DNA from: Eledone cirrhosa
Lineage: Eukaryota
Direction of reading: 5' to 3'
NCBI GenBank assembly: GCA_964016885.1
Contig: OZ024741.1
Span: 118,234,001-118,298,000, forward strand
DNA: 64,000 bases
The notes below the pieces were generated by a model that did no database searches, had not been told where the DNA came from, and saw only the letters and a program-made list of their open reading frames with translations. Both the position numbers and the translations under genes were made by a program. This document shows positions 46,973-60,646 of this stretch, in pieces; within the stretch, counting starts at the first letter, position 1, and each line of letters opens with the position of its first letter.

Positions 46973-49118
46973 TGAGGTCAACTTTACCTTTCATCCTTTC
47001 GAGGTTCATAAAAAAAGTACCAGTCTAGTACTAGAGTCAATTCTTCCTCAATAGCTCTTTCTGGTTACAAAGTTGCTATTTGAAACATAATTTAACAAAG
47101 GTTCTTACATTAAATAGAAGGTTTTTAGATAAATATAAACACTTTAACCCTTTTGATACTGACCGATCCAAAACCAGCTCTGGCTCTATGAAACAAAACT
47201 CCTTGTTTTAAAGAAATCCTATTTAAATTAAAATCTTCCAATGTAATTTGATATAAGAACCATCATCATCATCATCATCATCATTGTTTAACATCTATTA
47301 TTCCATGCTAGTAATGAAATAATTAATAATTTTAGTAAATCCATTAAAAATCTTTGTTAATTAATTGAAATAGTATTTTAATAGTAATAGAGCTATGTAA
47401 AGGTTAACACAAACAGTTTTGTATTGTAAAACAAGGGGTGGCTTCCGGTGGTTTGGTATCAAAAGGGTGAAGCTAGTGTTTAGAACATAACAAAGGCTTT
47501 TGTTTTTTGTTTTTTTTCCATAAATATAAACACCTTAGAATAAACAGTTCAGTATAATAGACCATTAGTGGGTTTAAGCAGTTTAATATCGAAATAGTTA
47601 ATGCAGGAAGTAAAAGTAAAATAGTCAAATAAACATAATAAAGGTTCTTTTATAAAATTATGATGAAGGTTGGGTTTTTTGGGGGGTTTTTTTTTGATAA
47701 ATATAAACTCTTTAAAATAAACAGTTAAGTATTATAGAAGGTTGTGATGGATGTTTTGTTAAAACAAATATAAATACTTCAAGATAAACAAATCAGTATT
47801 ATGAAACCATAAGTGGTTTCAATCAGTTTAATATCAAAAGGGTCAATGGAGGAGGTGAATGTGTGATAGTCAAGTAAGTGATGGTGATTGAAGTGCTCCT
47901 CCACCATAAATGCTTTTTTTTATTTTCTGTCTCTTTAAACATTATAATTTACTGTAATATTGTGTTCGAAATAAATGAAGTCATTTAACTGTCTCTCATC
48001 TTTCTCTGCTCTAATTAGCAATTGCTAAAGTATTAATTTAGCTTAGTTGTTTGACCTTATTTTTCAACACAATAAATTTGTTCTTGTTTGTCCAGCAAAC
48101 AACTAGTAATTTTCAGCAATTAGCTTTGTGATGCTGTCACTTTTATCACAGGCGTTAAAGATGCCTCGCGGTAATTTTAGTTGTAGTCCTTTAACATTCT
48201 GAGTTCAATTCCTGCCAATATCAACTTGACTTTTATCCATTCAGTGTAATCTTAGTTGTCTATTATGATTTCATTCCTGTCTAGAATACTTTATAGGAAT
48301 ATTTATGCTCACATCCTATATTGATTCACATGAAAAGAGGAAATGTTTACCTCAGTTTACTACAATTTTTCGCAATGATCTGTCTATTAGTAAAGATACT
48401 ATAAACATTTAAATTAACAAACCTGTTTTTAGATATTTTCTGGTAAATCATTACAGGTTGTGGAGAGTTAAAGCAGTGGTTCTCAAAGTGGGTGCCAGGG
48501 GGTGTGTGTTGATAAGGTCTAGAGGGGCGCTGGGGCCTAAAGAGTGGTAGAGAAAAAGGGGGACGTTGAGAGGAATGGAGAGGCTGTTAATGTCATTCCG
48601 CCCATGCAAGTGAACACACCAGTAAGTGTGAAAACTTGTCTAGTGTTCTTCCTCCTAACATGGCCTGGATTCATCAAATGTTCTCAACTTTAGAGAGATC
48701 AGATTGTTATCAGAACAATATTCTAATAAAAAATACTTGGTGTCGCTTACATGTAGTCAACAAAATTATTCTACACACAAATGCTGTGTGTATATGTGTG
48801 TATGTGTGTGTATGTGTATGTGTCTGAAAGAAAGAATGGACAGATTATTATCTCTCTCTTTCTTTCTCTGTCAATATATATTTATAAACCCATCATTGGT
48901 CATGAGTGGAGAGAGAGTACTGCTGACCTATATATAAGAAGGGCATCCAGCCGTAGAAAACCAGCCAGAAACAGTCTTATGTGAGTGAGACATGGTCACC
49001 CGACCCAACTTGTCTCTAAATGGGGCAAATCCGTCTAACCCATGCTATCGTGGAAAATGGACGTTAAACGATGATGATGATATATACATATATAAGTAGC
49101 TATACTTATATATATATA

Positions 49119-49418
49119 TTCATTTAGGTTTGTTGGTTCACCACTGGATAGAACTGGTCATTCCGTATAGTCAACCTTGATAGGCGGCCGCCCGGACTAG
49201 CAACTGCTAATTTTTGGCTGCCTTCTCGTCTTGGGCATTTCTCTCTGCTTTTCAGCCCCTTAGATTGTGTCTATTATTATATTCCTTTGTTGGATAAATT
49301 TCAGAATACCTGATGATATCACTGGATTCATGCTGAACCCAGTCATTGAAATGTTCATAATATAATAAACCTTTAAGGAATTACACCAATCCAGCCTCCT
49401 GTTATTTTATAATTATAT
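49119..49418 (+). mobile_element. pLTR with inverted tail segment (family of 61419-62932)
   Basis: 49122-49179 is the reverse complement of 62872-62929; 49278-49415 matches 62657-62793. Confidence 0.75.
49306..49363 (+). ncRNA. Type I hammerhead motif
   Basis: atac CTGATGA t-atc-actgg-attcatgctgaac-ccagt-cat-t GAA ATGTTCAT A atat. Confidence 0.65.
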
Positions 49419-49421
49419 ATA

Positions 49422-50355
49422 TCATCATCATCATCATCGTTTAACGTCCATCTTCCACGCTAGCATGGGTTTGGATGGGAGTTTTCCCACTTGAGGCAAG
49501 AGTGGTTGTCTTGCTCGCATAGAACTGTCTGGCGGGTTTTCTACGGCTGGATGCCCTTCCTAACACCAACTACGTTTACAGTGTGGACTGGGAGGTTTTT
49601 ACCGTGTTACCTACACGGCCACATTACAGCGTGGACTGTGTGTTTTTTTTTGTCGTGACACCTACACGACCTCATTTGTTTCGGACTGGATGTTGTCGTA
49701 CCAACATAACTTTACATTGAAAGGGGTGGTGTGGATGGGGTGGGGGTAGTGGGACGGGGGTGTATTTTTGTTAGAGGTGCCTACTGACTGTAGTAGGTTT
49801 CACTTTGTACTGAGGTAAGGCGGGTCTTCTGTATTACTGTGTAGCGCCAAAGATCTCGGTCCAGTGACATTGTCTTGGAGAGGTGTAAGTGTGTGAGGTC
49901 GGAATTTATCAAGTCGTCCCAGGTTTTTCTGGGTCTGCCTACTCCATGGCTACCATCTATTTTTATTGCCCTGCACTTTTTTATACAGCTGTCGTCTTTC
50001 ATGCGCATCACGTGACCATACCAACGTAGTCTTCTCTCGAGTAAACAACATCTGATCCCTCTTATTTCTAATTTTTCCCTTAGTTCGTTTATGCTTTGCC
50101 GTTCACGTATATTACTATTACACATCCAGCGGAGCATGCAAGCTTCGTTCCTCTCCAGTCTGCGTATATCCTCTGCACACAATGCCCAGGTCTCACTGCC
50201 ATGTAACATTGCTGTTCGTATGCAGGCATCATACAGCCTGCCTTTCATTTTTAGAGAGAACCCTTTAGCGGCTAATAGTGGTATAAGCTCTCTGAACTTT
50301 TTCCATCCAGCTCTGACTCTAGTTACTGTACTTTCAGAGCACCCTCCACCACTGA
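49422..50355 (-). mobile_element. RTE LINE family C, 3' part
   Basis: GGGCSES..GWKKFREL..RWYGHV; 3'UTR and (GAT)n tail. Confidence 0.92.
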
Positions 50356-50738
50356 TATATATATAAAGTATAAAGAGAGAGAGTGTGAAATTTAACAGGT
50401 CAGTAGTACTGTATCCATTCAAAGATAGTTCAATTCCTTGACCACTGATGAGGTTAGTGGGTGTAACAGGTCAGTTATAATTTCCAACTGTTATAAAAAT
50501 TTCACTCTCTCTCTTTCTCTTGTCTTACTTTCTATCTCTTTCTAACTCATTCGCCTCCCCTCTCTCTCTTTGCATATTTCTTTCTTTTTGATGTATGTGT
50601 ATGTGTGATATGAACTTTCAACCTCTTCAAGAGGAATCTCTTTCAGTCCAATTTTTTTCTTCTTTGATCCGTCAAAGTGACATTGTTGAAAAATGGAGAA
50701 AAAACAATAAAAAAAAAAAAGATGGGTTTTATAAAGTA

Positions 50739-51826
50739 TTAGCTGACAAACCCAGCTTCACCCAGGTAAACATGATAAGAGAAGACAGGTAGAAGAGAAA
50801 ATGACTGTATTGGATGTTTGTCTGATTTACAGTATGAGGTGAGACCGTGGTGTGTGTGTTACAAAAAATTAAACAGTAAAAAAATCTTCCAGATAGACCA
50901 GATTCTTTGTTTTACTGTTCCTGCATTGTATATGAAGATTTCTAGATGTTCCCACTCACGAACAATCTACATATAACTGTCCATGGGTAAAAAGTGATAC
51001 TCTTGTTTTCAATTCTACAACTTTGAAACTCTGAGCCTGAGCTTTATTTATGGTCATAGCAAAACTGGCTCTCACAGGGAACTGAAGTCTTGAGAATTTG
51101 AATGGCAGCTTGGTAGAGGAAGGGATAAGAGGAACCTTGGGAATAAATGTATTTTCTCCTTGATGATTGCCTCCAAGAATAGTGACCACTTGGAAAAGGT
51201 TCATCAACCTCCTGACTGTAAAGTGTGTGCCATTGCATAGAAGTAGTGGGTCCATGTTTCTCAAAAGGATGATGGAAGTTCCAATATTTTATATTATATG
51301 TAGATATAGATATAGATATATAGATATAGACATATAGATATAGATAATTGTATATAAATGTGTATGTGTGTGTGTGTGTGTGTGTGTGTTTGTGTGTGTG
51401 TATGTGTGTGCATGCCCGCGTGTGTGTCTATGTGTGTGCGCGTGTAAACCAGTGTCCGAATTGTGTGTTTAATTCTCTGTATTTGATTAAGTATTTGCAT
51501 GAAGATCTGTGTGTATGTAACTTACTAAGGCGTCACATACGTAATGTATGCACAAACACACACACACTCACAGACACATATACACTCATATACAAAATGT
51601 GACGTTGTCGTGTTATAAAATATCTGTTTACTTATAGTTTTCTATAGTAGATTATTTTAGATAAAGCATTATATTGTTTTAATCCAAATGAAAATAAAAA
51701 TTATATGTTGTTACTCCTGGGGTCTAATACTATTTATTACCTTGTAAAATTTAATTTGATTTGTTCGAGCCATTTGGGAATGCATAAGGGAAAAACAGAC
51801 TGAGAGACTAAGAACTTTATATGTAG
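50739..51826 (-). mobile_element. Internally deleted Helitron retaining the helicase C-terminus
   Basis: Minus strand starts CTACATATAAAG, ends with a degenerate hairpin plus CTAA, and contains a PIF1 fragment. Confidence 0.7.
50880..51290 (-). pseudogene. Helitron PIF1-family helicase C-terminal fragment
   Basis: RNMDP..LCNGT, IPKVPLIP, RLQFPVRASFAMTINKAQAQS, FTHGQLYV. Confidence 0.9.
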
Positions 51827-51827
51827 C

Positions 51828-51875
51828 AATCATGGCAATTGACACGTGAAAAATCACCTGTCAATTGCCATGATT
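51828..51875. repeat. Hairpin (22-bp arms, one mismatch, 4-nt loop) followed by poly-T
   Basis: AATCATGGCAATTGACAcGTGA-AAAA-TCACcTGTCAATTGCCATGATT. Confidence 0.9.
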
Positions 51876-52031
51876 TTTTTTTTTTTTTTCCTGCTGTACA
51901 CATTCCATCTATTCACATTTGCTTCTTCCTCAAAGTACCCAACTGAACACTATCATTCTCAACATCTGCTACTGTTTATATATATACAGTGAAATTCCAT
52001 TATAATGAATGTGTGTGTGTATCAGACTTAT

Positions 52032-53163
52032 TCATCATCATCATCTTCGTTTAACGTCTATCTTCTACGCTAGCATGGGTTTAGATGGGAATTGTCCCAC
52101 TTGAGGCAAGATTGGTTGGGAGACCGTGTCTTGCTTGTATAGGACTGTCTGGCAGGTTTTCTACAGCTGGATGCCCTTCCTAACACCAACATTTACAGTG
52201 TGGACTGGGAGGTTTTTACCGTGTTACCTACACGGCCACATTACAGCATGGACTGTGTGTTTTTTTGTCATGACACCTACACGACCTCATTTATTTTGGA
52301 CTGGATGTTGTGGTACCAACATAACTTTACAGAGAAAGGGTGGTGTTGGTGGGAGTGGAAGGGTGGAGTAGGGGTAGTGGGATGGGGGTGTATATTTGGT
52401 TAAAAGGTGCCTACCGACTGTAGGTTTCGCTATGTGTATAGGCAAGGCAGCTCTTCTGTATTACTGCATAGCGTCAAAGATCTCGGTCTAGTGACATTGT
52501 CTTAGAGAGGTACAAGTGTGTAAGGTTGGAATTTATCTAATTGTCCCAGGTTTTTCTAGGTCTACCTACTCCGTAACTTCCATCAACTTTGATCGCCCTG
52601 CACTTTTTTTATACAGCTGTCGTCTTTCATGCGCATCACGTGACCATACCAACGTAGTCTTCTCTCAAGTAAACAGCATCTGATCCCTCTTATTCCTAAT
52701 TTCTCACTTAGTTCATTTATGCTTTGCCGTTTGCGTATATTACTATAACACATCCAACAGAGCATGCATGCTTCGTTCCTCTCCAGTCTGCGCAGGTCCT
52801 CTGCACACAATGCCCATGTCTCACTGCCATGTAACATAGCTGTTCGTATACAGGCATCATACAATCTGCCTTTCATTTTTAGAGATAAACCTTTAGTGCC
52901 CAATAGTGGTATAAGCTCTCTGAACTTTTTCCATCCAGTTCTGACTCTGGCTACTGTACTTTCAGAGCACCCTCCCCCACTGCTGATTTTGTCACTCAGG
53001 TAACGGAAGGTGTCCACTATTTCTATAGAACCATCTTGGCAATAGAAGGAGCTAGTATCCTGTGGGCACTTGCTACTTATTGCACCTGAACATCGGCCAC
53101 ATATAAAATCTACGTTCTTAGATAGTTTACCTGTGATCCCACTACATCTTTTATGTACCCATA
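52032..53163 (-). mobile_element. RTE LINE family C, 3' part
   Basis: ORF 52583-53017 and the UTR match 49422-50355. Confidence 0.92.
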
Positions 53164-54331
53164 ATTCTTAGTACAATTCAGCCAAAGACTGAGAGGCTAC
53201 TTTCACTTCACTAAACACATCCTTCTATTGAAGCCCCTCCTTAAAAACCTATCTGGGTGGTCTGTTTTAGTGGTATACTATTGACTTCTCCAACAGACGT
53301 AAATTTGTGCATTATATTATTGAATAGAATATATTTGCATATGTAGAAGCGTCTCTTTTTTAATAGTGGATTGGGGACGCCATGAATTTATCATTTATAA
53401 TATCATTATAGTATTGTACACATATGATATAATAGTATATTAACTATCAAACGATACATATTAATTATATATAAATATAGTAAAATAAAAAAATATACAA
53501 TATTATATATGAATTAATGATTTTATTTATTTTATATTATTTATAATTTGCGTGTTGGCAGGTCTCTCTGGAAATAGGGGCGGGAGGTGCTGGCCCCAAA
53601 AGTTTGAGAACCTCTGAGTTAAAGGAATAACTATATAGGATTTTCTTTTTGACTGGGCACAAAATACCCACATTTCATCAGAAGGGAAAATGGGATTCTA
53701 TGGAACTTGTGTCTTTTTTTGAGTGTAATGGTGAAGTAAAATGAGATAGAAGCTGAGGGCATCAGCAAGGGTGGCACATGTATGAAGGGGCACAAAATTT
53801 TCTTTGGCCAATCATGTCTGTTATCCTTTTTGATGCCAACTTGTTGAAAACCAGTTCTGGTTCTACAAAACAAAACCATCTATTTTAAAGGCTTCCCTTT
53901 TGAATTAAAATCTTCCAACGTAATTTGATATAAGAACCATATGTTAAGAAGTTATTATCTTACTAATGAAATAATTAATAATTTTAGTAAATTGCTCAAA
54001 ATTCTTCATTAACTTTTTTGATACTTTTGGAAACATTTTTTCATGCTCAGAGTTGCTGAAGCATGGAAAAAACTACTTGCATCAGTTATTAGCCGTCGGG
54101 TCACTGCTTCCTTCAAAACTTCCATGTTTTCTGAAATTCACCAACACTACACCTGATATTCCTCCTCCATACTCACGCACACATGTGTGTGTTTGTGTAT
54201 GTATCATGACACATACACTGTTCACTTTCTTGACCTTTGTACATTATTCTATGTACTATACATGCACTTTTGGGGAGTTGTACTGCACCCGAGCACTATA
54301 CACAATCATTTTCATTATTATTATTATTATT

Positions 54332-54742
54332 ACGGACGCCATGCTTTGTAGCATAGAGTTACGCCCCTTTATAATCTGAGTTCAAATCCCGCCGAGGTTA
54401 ACTTTGCCTTTTATCCTTACGGGGTCGATAAAATAAAGTACCAGTAATATACTGTGTAATTGCTGGCCTTGTGCCTAAAGTAGAAACAATTATTATTATT
54501 ATTAAAACCACCTATTTTAGAGGGTTCTGATTTAAACTAAAATTTTCTAACATTGTGGTGGATTGGCAGTATCAGTAGAGGGTCAGACGCCCTGCTTTGC
54601 AACATAAAGTTACAGCCCTTTATGATCCGAGTTCAAATCCCACCGAGATTAACTTTGACTTTCATCCTTACGGGGTCGATAAAATAAAGTACCAGTAATG
54701 CACTGGGATAATTGCTGGCCTTGTGCCAAAAGTAGAAACAAT
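54332..54742 (+). mobile_element. Two tRNA-derived SINE copies
   Basis: Match the 6084-6270 family. Confidence 0.8.
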
Positions 54743-55147
54743 TATTTGATATAAGTTAAGTTACTATCTTAATAATGAAAAAATTAATAATTTTAGTAAA
54801 TCACTCAAAATTCTTCATTAATTAAATGAAATAGTGTTTTTTCAAATTTAAAAGTGTGAGTGTACCAAACTCAGAAAATAACTATAAATACAGTCAATCA
54901 CTATAAATAATAGGCGATTTATCCAATTTTCTCAGCACTTCAATTATTCATAAGGTTTAGAGTGTATTTCATTGGAAATATGGTCATGGAAAGGTTAATT
55001 AAGGTGGAAGTGCTAAAAGTGTTTTTGCTCCTTCCCTTGGGTATTGAGAGCCTTTGCTATGTTACTGCATTATCTTGTTATATTTGTATACTTGAAATAA
55101 ACTATGTGTGATGGGATGAGAATAATGGTGTAGCTTGGGTAAATGAC

Positions 55148-55960
55148 GGTCCTTGAGTTTGCTTTCATACTTACCCCCACCAAAAACACAATGCTACAGA
55201 GTGGTCCTTGAGTTTGCCCTCACTCTCACTCCCACTAAAAACACAATGCCAGAGTGGTCCTTGAGTTTGCCCTCACTCTCACTCCCACTAAAAACACAAT
55301 GCCACAGAGTGGTCCTTGAGTTTGCCCTCACTCTCACTCCCAACAAAAACACAATGCCACAGAGTGGTCCTTGAGTTTGCCCTCACTCTCACTCCCACTA
55401 AAAATACAATTCCACAGAGTGGTCCTTGAGTTTGCCCTCACTCTCACTCCCACCAAAAACACAATGCCACAGAGTGGTCCTTGAGTTTGCCCTCACTCTC
55501 ACTCCCACCAAAAACACAATGCCACAGAGTGGTCCTTGAGTTTGCCCTCACTCTCACTCCCACTAAAAACACAATGCCACAGAGTGGTCCTTGAGTTTGC
55601 CCTCACTCTCACTCCCACCAAAAACACAATGTCAGAGTGGTCCTTGAGTTTGCCCTCACTCTCACTCCCACTAAAAACACAATGCCACAGAGTGGTCCTT
55701 GAGTTTGCCCTCACTCTCACTCCCACTAAAAACACAATGCCACAGAGTGGTCCTTGAGTTTGCCCTCACTCTCACTTCCACCAAAAACACAATGTCACAG
55801 AGTGGTCCTTGAGTTTGCCCTCACTCTCACTCCCACTAAAAACACAATGCCACAGAGTGGTCCTTGAGTTTGCCCTCACTCTCACTCCCACCAAAAACAC
55901 AATGTCACAGAGTGGTCCTTGAGTTGGCCCTCACACTCACCTCCACCCAAAACACAATGT
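55148..55960. repeat. 55-bp minisatellite, about 15 units
   Basis: Unit AGAGTGGTCCTTGAGTTTGCCCTCACTCTCACTCCCACTAAAAACACAATGCCAC; some units are 53 bp. Confidence 0.95.
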
Positions 55961-58271
55961 AATAGATCTAAAGTTCCCTCTCTAACCTCTACAGGATGAG
56001 AATTCTGTTGGTTTGAGTAAAGCCCTTCGTCAGAAAGAGAAAACATTTTCTTATTTAATCTACGAACTTCACTAAAAAATTTACCGACAAAGGTTACCAT
56101 TAATTTCTTTATACAGTGGTTGTTGCCATTGTTGTTGTCGTCGATGATGCTGTTGTTTAGTCGCAGGTCAGCCCTAATCGAGCTGAACTATGATTAAAGG
56201 CGTTCCAGCCGAGACTATCACGCCTTTTTCATAAACACAGTGCACCAGGAGCACATTATCCAATATGTTCTTTCTTTTTGTAAGACGATTGGGGGTGATT
56301 TGAGAAAGATTTGGTTGCTGTTTCTACCAGATCAAACGAACGAGACAGCCTTTAAATGATAATTCAACCGGCTAAAAGCAACAACCAAACCACTCCCTAT
56401 TGTATTAAAAATAGGACATTAGATACTGCTGTCATGGAAACACTTTACTTTAAAAAAACACACCAAAAACAAACAAACAAACAAACAAACAAACCAACAT
56501 TGGTGTGCTGGTTGGTTATAATCCCGGTGGATCAAATCTAACTTAAGTTAATCAAGGCAGTAATGCTATTTGGCGAGTGGTTCCGGCACCCCTTGTTGGG
56601 TGTAACCGATTAACACAATGCTGAATTAATATTTCCTTTCGTTTTTATTCTATAACTTTATATGAAATATTTATGCAATTAAGTATTATATAAATTATTT
56701 GTGTGTGTATTTTCATTCTGTAAGAATTATAAATACACTCTTATTTATAGTAAACAATAAGAACGACGGAGATGGTTTCCTTGGCAGGAGAATTATGTTA
56801 ACATCCAAAGCACCGTGTTAGTGAAGTGAAAGAGGCACAGAGAGAAAACGAAACTTGATCCTTAGTAGAACAGTCATAAGATTAGTTAAAGCGAACCAAA
56901 AAAAAAAAAACTCTTGACATAGTAGACGATACACAATATTTAGGGATCGCTTACAACTTTAAAAAATAAACGTAATAAACATTAAAATATATTAAAAGAA
57001 AAAATATAAATATAAATAAAACAAGAAAATCAGCAATAACAAATTAAATCAATTTTATATTTTAAAAAATATAAGTCTGACAGGAAGTTTTAACTGGATT
57101 CCAAAGTGTTTGTTTATGTATAGCGCAAGCGGCAGTTGAATGTATGTTTCGTCAACATGGAAGAAGTCTTGACTGAATGAACGGATTTTACTTGTAAAGG
57201 AACAGAAAGTAGTAAATATATAAATTAATCAGTGTAGAAAGTTATTTATTAGTGAAATATGGGAGACAGGCCTCACTCTCCATTATCCGTGTCCTGCGTG
57301 AGGGCACTGAATGACAAACTATACGAAAAAAGGAAAATAGCCGCACAAGAAATAGATAAGTAAGTATTGAAATAATAACAATAGTTAATTACGTAATTTT
57401 TTTAAATGTTTCCTTTATTTTTTCTTTCTTATTTTTGTTTATTACCTTTAAATGACACCACTTTCACTTGAATACAGTTGCTTTACGAAACTAACGACGG
57501 GCTGGTCACAAGTTAAATTTATTTCATTATATACTTAACTTTGCCTTTCATCCTTATGGGGTCGATAAAATAAAGTACCAGTAATACACTAGAATAATTG
57601 CTGGCTTTGTGCCAAAAGTAGAAACAATTATATACTGTTCCTATAATTTCTGACATTGATATATTTTTGTGTAGGCACAAAAAAGTACGATCGATTGAAT
57701 CAACCCTGTTGTATTACTTAATGCACTGGGTAATTTGCTGGCCTTGTGCCTAAAGTAGAAACAATTATTTCAGAAATCACGAATGTCATAAAAGTAACTA
57801 GGAAGCAGTGGTGGATTAGGGGTGGTGGTTGTTTGGCTGACAGGGCTGAAGCCAGATCCTACCACAATTAAAGGACCCCAAATTATGACGCCCGTGTCAC
57901 CTTAATCCGTTCCTGCTTAGGAGGCCCGGCAGTATATAAAAACACAAACAATATAAATGTATGAGACTTAATCTGTCGATCAATTCAGCCTACTTCTAAT
58001 ATAACGGAATAAACTTCCGAAATGCTGTGATCTATCAACAAATTACATTTGTTTACCCTGTGACATTTGAGACGTTCATGGGAGCTAGGGCCTTCTCTCT
58101 CACAGCGTGGGCTTCTGTTATCATTTGGCGGCTCGCCTTACTGAAGTATTTATCAGGTGATGCTCGTGGTGTGCTTGGCTATACCAGTACCTTAGCCTCG
58201 CTATCACCTATTGTAATGCCGTGGCTATTTGTGGTGGTGTGTAATTAACTGAGTGTGCATATCCTTTTTAA

Positions 58272-58371
58272 GGCATACGTCAAGACGGGCGGTCTCAAAA
58301 GTGAAACTAATTTTTGAAAGTTACGATACACACGCAATTGTATGGATTTCTTAATATATATATATGTGTGG

Positions 58372-58411
<40 letters not shown>

Positions 58412-58669
58412 TTGTATATATATATATGTGTTTGTGTCATCATCATCGTTTAACGTCCATCTTCCACGCAAGCATGGGTTTAGACGTATATATATGTTTG
58501 TGTGTATATATGTGTTTGTGTGTATATATATGTGTGTTTGTGTGTATATATATGTGTCTGTGTATATATATGTGTATGTATATATATATTTATGCACACA
58601 TACACATTTGTATGAATTGTAACTCACAAATTAGTTTCACTTTTGAGACCGCCCGTCTTGACGTATGCC
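58272..58669. mobile_element. Mutator-like MITE
   Basis: Perfect 42-bp TIRs at 58272-58313 and 58628-58669; 9-bp TSD CCTTTTTAA. Confidence 0.85.
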
Positions 58670-60074
58670 CCTTTTTAATTTGTAGCCTTTTTTTATATTG
58701 ATTTTTCTTTTATGTAAACAATAAACAAAAAAATTTAAAGGCACTGGCATGGTAATGGTCTCAGCGCCCGGGGGCAAAAACATTTTTGGCGCTACTACCT
58801 TAATTAACATGCATGCACTCCTTCATACTTGTTTTTAGAGGAGAGGGATTGTCCTTCCTCCATCGCATCTCGATTTACTAAATCTCTGTTTAACACTAGG
58901 GTGCAATTTAAGAGAGACTTGGCTGCTACTTCTAACCACCCGAGCGACCACATAGAGGTTCCCACGTTGACAGACGGTCAAATTTTGTAGGGAAGTCGAT
59001 ATATCGAAGCAGTATAATAGCTATTTTGGCCTCAACTCATCGAGTGTTGAAACATTATTCTTTGCGGTGCTATGTCAGTTATATTTCGTAACTAACATGT
59101 TCGCCCACTTTTTTCCTCTTTTTGTTTTGAATACCGTATATATGTGAAAAAAAAAAAAAATTCATTATTTGTATGCCTTATTAAATATTTGTGTGCAGTA
59201 TTAAAGATAAAACTTTGTACATGTATATAGGTTTACAGTATATTTAGTAAAACATTTTTTATCAGCACAATGTAAAATTGGAAGAATTTGGTAATCAACA
59301 CTAAGTAAATTATTCAATTATTGATAGTAAAACATCGCGCGTGTAAGTGTGTGCGTGTGTGTATAATTGCTCCAAAAAGTCTATTCACCTTTGATAACTA
59401 CCCTAAATACACTTACACTACACATATATACCCGATATACATATATAGAACAAACACAAGCAATCATCGAATGCCATATACGTAAACAATGTACTCGGAA
59501 AACAAAGCCAATAATAAAGAATGCATCTAGTGGACCCTCGGATTCCAAACTTGTAAAAATTACATTCGTAAAAACCGAGCCAATCATAAACTAAACGTCT
59601 ATATTAGAAATAAAACATCCCACACAATCCCTGCCTCAGACATCCTCCTTATATCCCAAACCTTAACTCGTTCTAAATATGAGTATGGAGGAGACGGACT
59701 TTTTCAAGCAGCTGCCGTCAAATTACACGCTTCTGTATAGGAATAGACATTAAACAATATCCATTATTACCTGCAGCGACTACAACCCCATTACACAATA
59801 GGCCTTACTCCACCTTCTCCTGTATACTCTTGACCTTAAACCCTCAAGCAATTCCTACAAGATGTGATGTCACTCATCGGGAATCCCAAGTTTCAAATAA
59901 ACATAATATACATAGTGGCATAGATAATATACATACTTGAATGTAAAACATGATTAAGATTAAATAAAATACTATATATACATTTTCCTATTACCCACTC
60001 TACTACCCTAAGTATTGAGTACTCTGGTGCGTTATGGTCCATCTGGTTCCTTACTACACCTCCGTCGTTATATA

Positions 60075-60510
60075 TATATATATATATTGGGAGTTATCAA
60101 CCCTTACCTATGATCATGAATCTTGGATAATGTCCCTCAAAATACAATTGCGAATACAACCAGCTGAAATGGGGTTCCTCCAAAGGGTCTTTGGAGTAAC
60201 ATACTCGATAAAGTGTGTAGCTCGGAGAGTCACTCCAGGTAGAGCCACTTCTCTAAATTGAGAGATCACATACTATGGGCATGTGGTTAGAATATCTCAG
60301 GAAAGAAACACTGGACAGATTTTACGGGCAAAACCTACTGGCAAGAGGCCCAGGGGTAGATCCTGAGCAAGATGGTTGGATATCATCCATGAGCTTGGCT
60401 CGTCACGCTTGGGGATCCAGCTGAATCAGTTGTGTCTTACAGGACCCACTGGAAGGAGTGTTTGAGGACTCTGCCTCCATGACCCTCTTAGGAATAAGTG
60501 GGTGGAGAAG
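60075..60510 (+). mobile_element. LINE 3' fragment (RTE-like)
   Basis: LTYDHESW..IQPAEMGFLQRV and YGHVVRISQER motifs. Confidence 0.75.
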
Positions 60511-60646
60511 ATGGGAGTTATTAGTTTAGACTAGTAAACCATTGTTCGGCTTAGTACTCAATACTTCAGTAAGTAGAGTGTAGGTATTATAATAAATTAC
60601 TGCCTGACGGCAAGAGCTCAGCTGTCAGGCCGTAACATAATATATA

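Larger units (their letters stand above)
48474..53616. mobile_element. Non-autonomous hAT (Charlie-like) element expanded by nested insertions
   Basis: TIRs CAGTGGTTCTCAAA and TTTGAGAACCTCTG; identical 8-bp TSD AGTTAAAG at 48466-48473 and 53617-53624. Confidence 0.8.

Noticed and set aside
50371-50516. Short inverted-repeat element containing CTGATGA
   Set aside because: No GAAA or stem III follows, so it is not called a ribozyme.
55153-55757. Repeated 72-78-aa ORFs
   Set aside because: Translations of the 55-bp minisatellite.
56500-58250. CpG-containing unique-looking region, possibly a promoter or first exon
   Set aside because: No convincing ORF, splice pair or recognisable protein motif.
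59367-59594. Possible decayed GIY-YIG (YTYIEQT...EPIIN)
   Set aside because: Similarity too weak by eye and no HHR or pLTR found nearby; needs a profile search.
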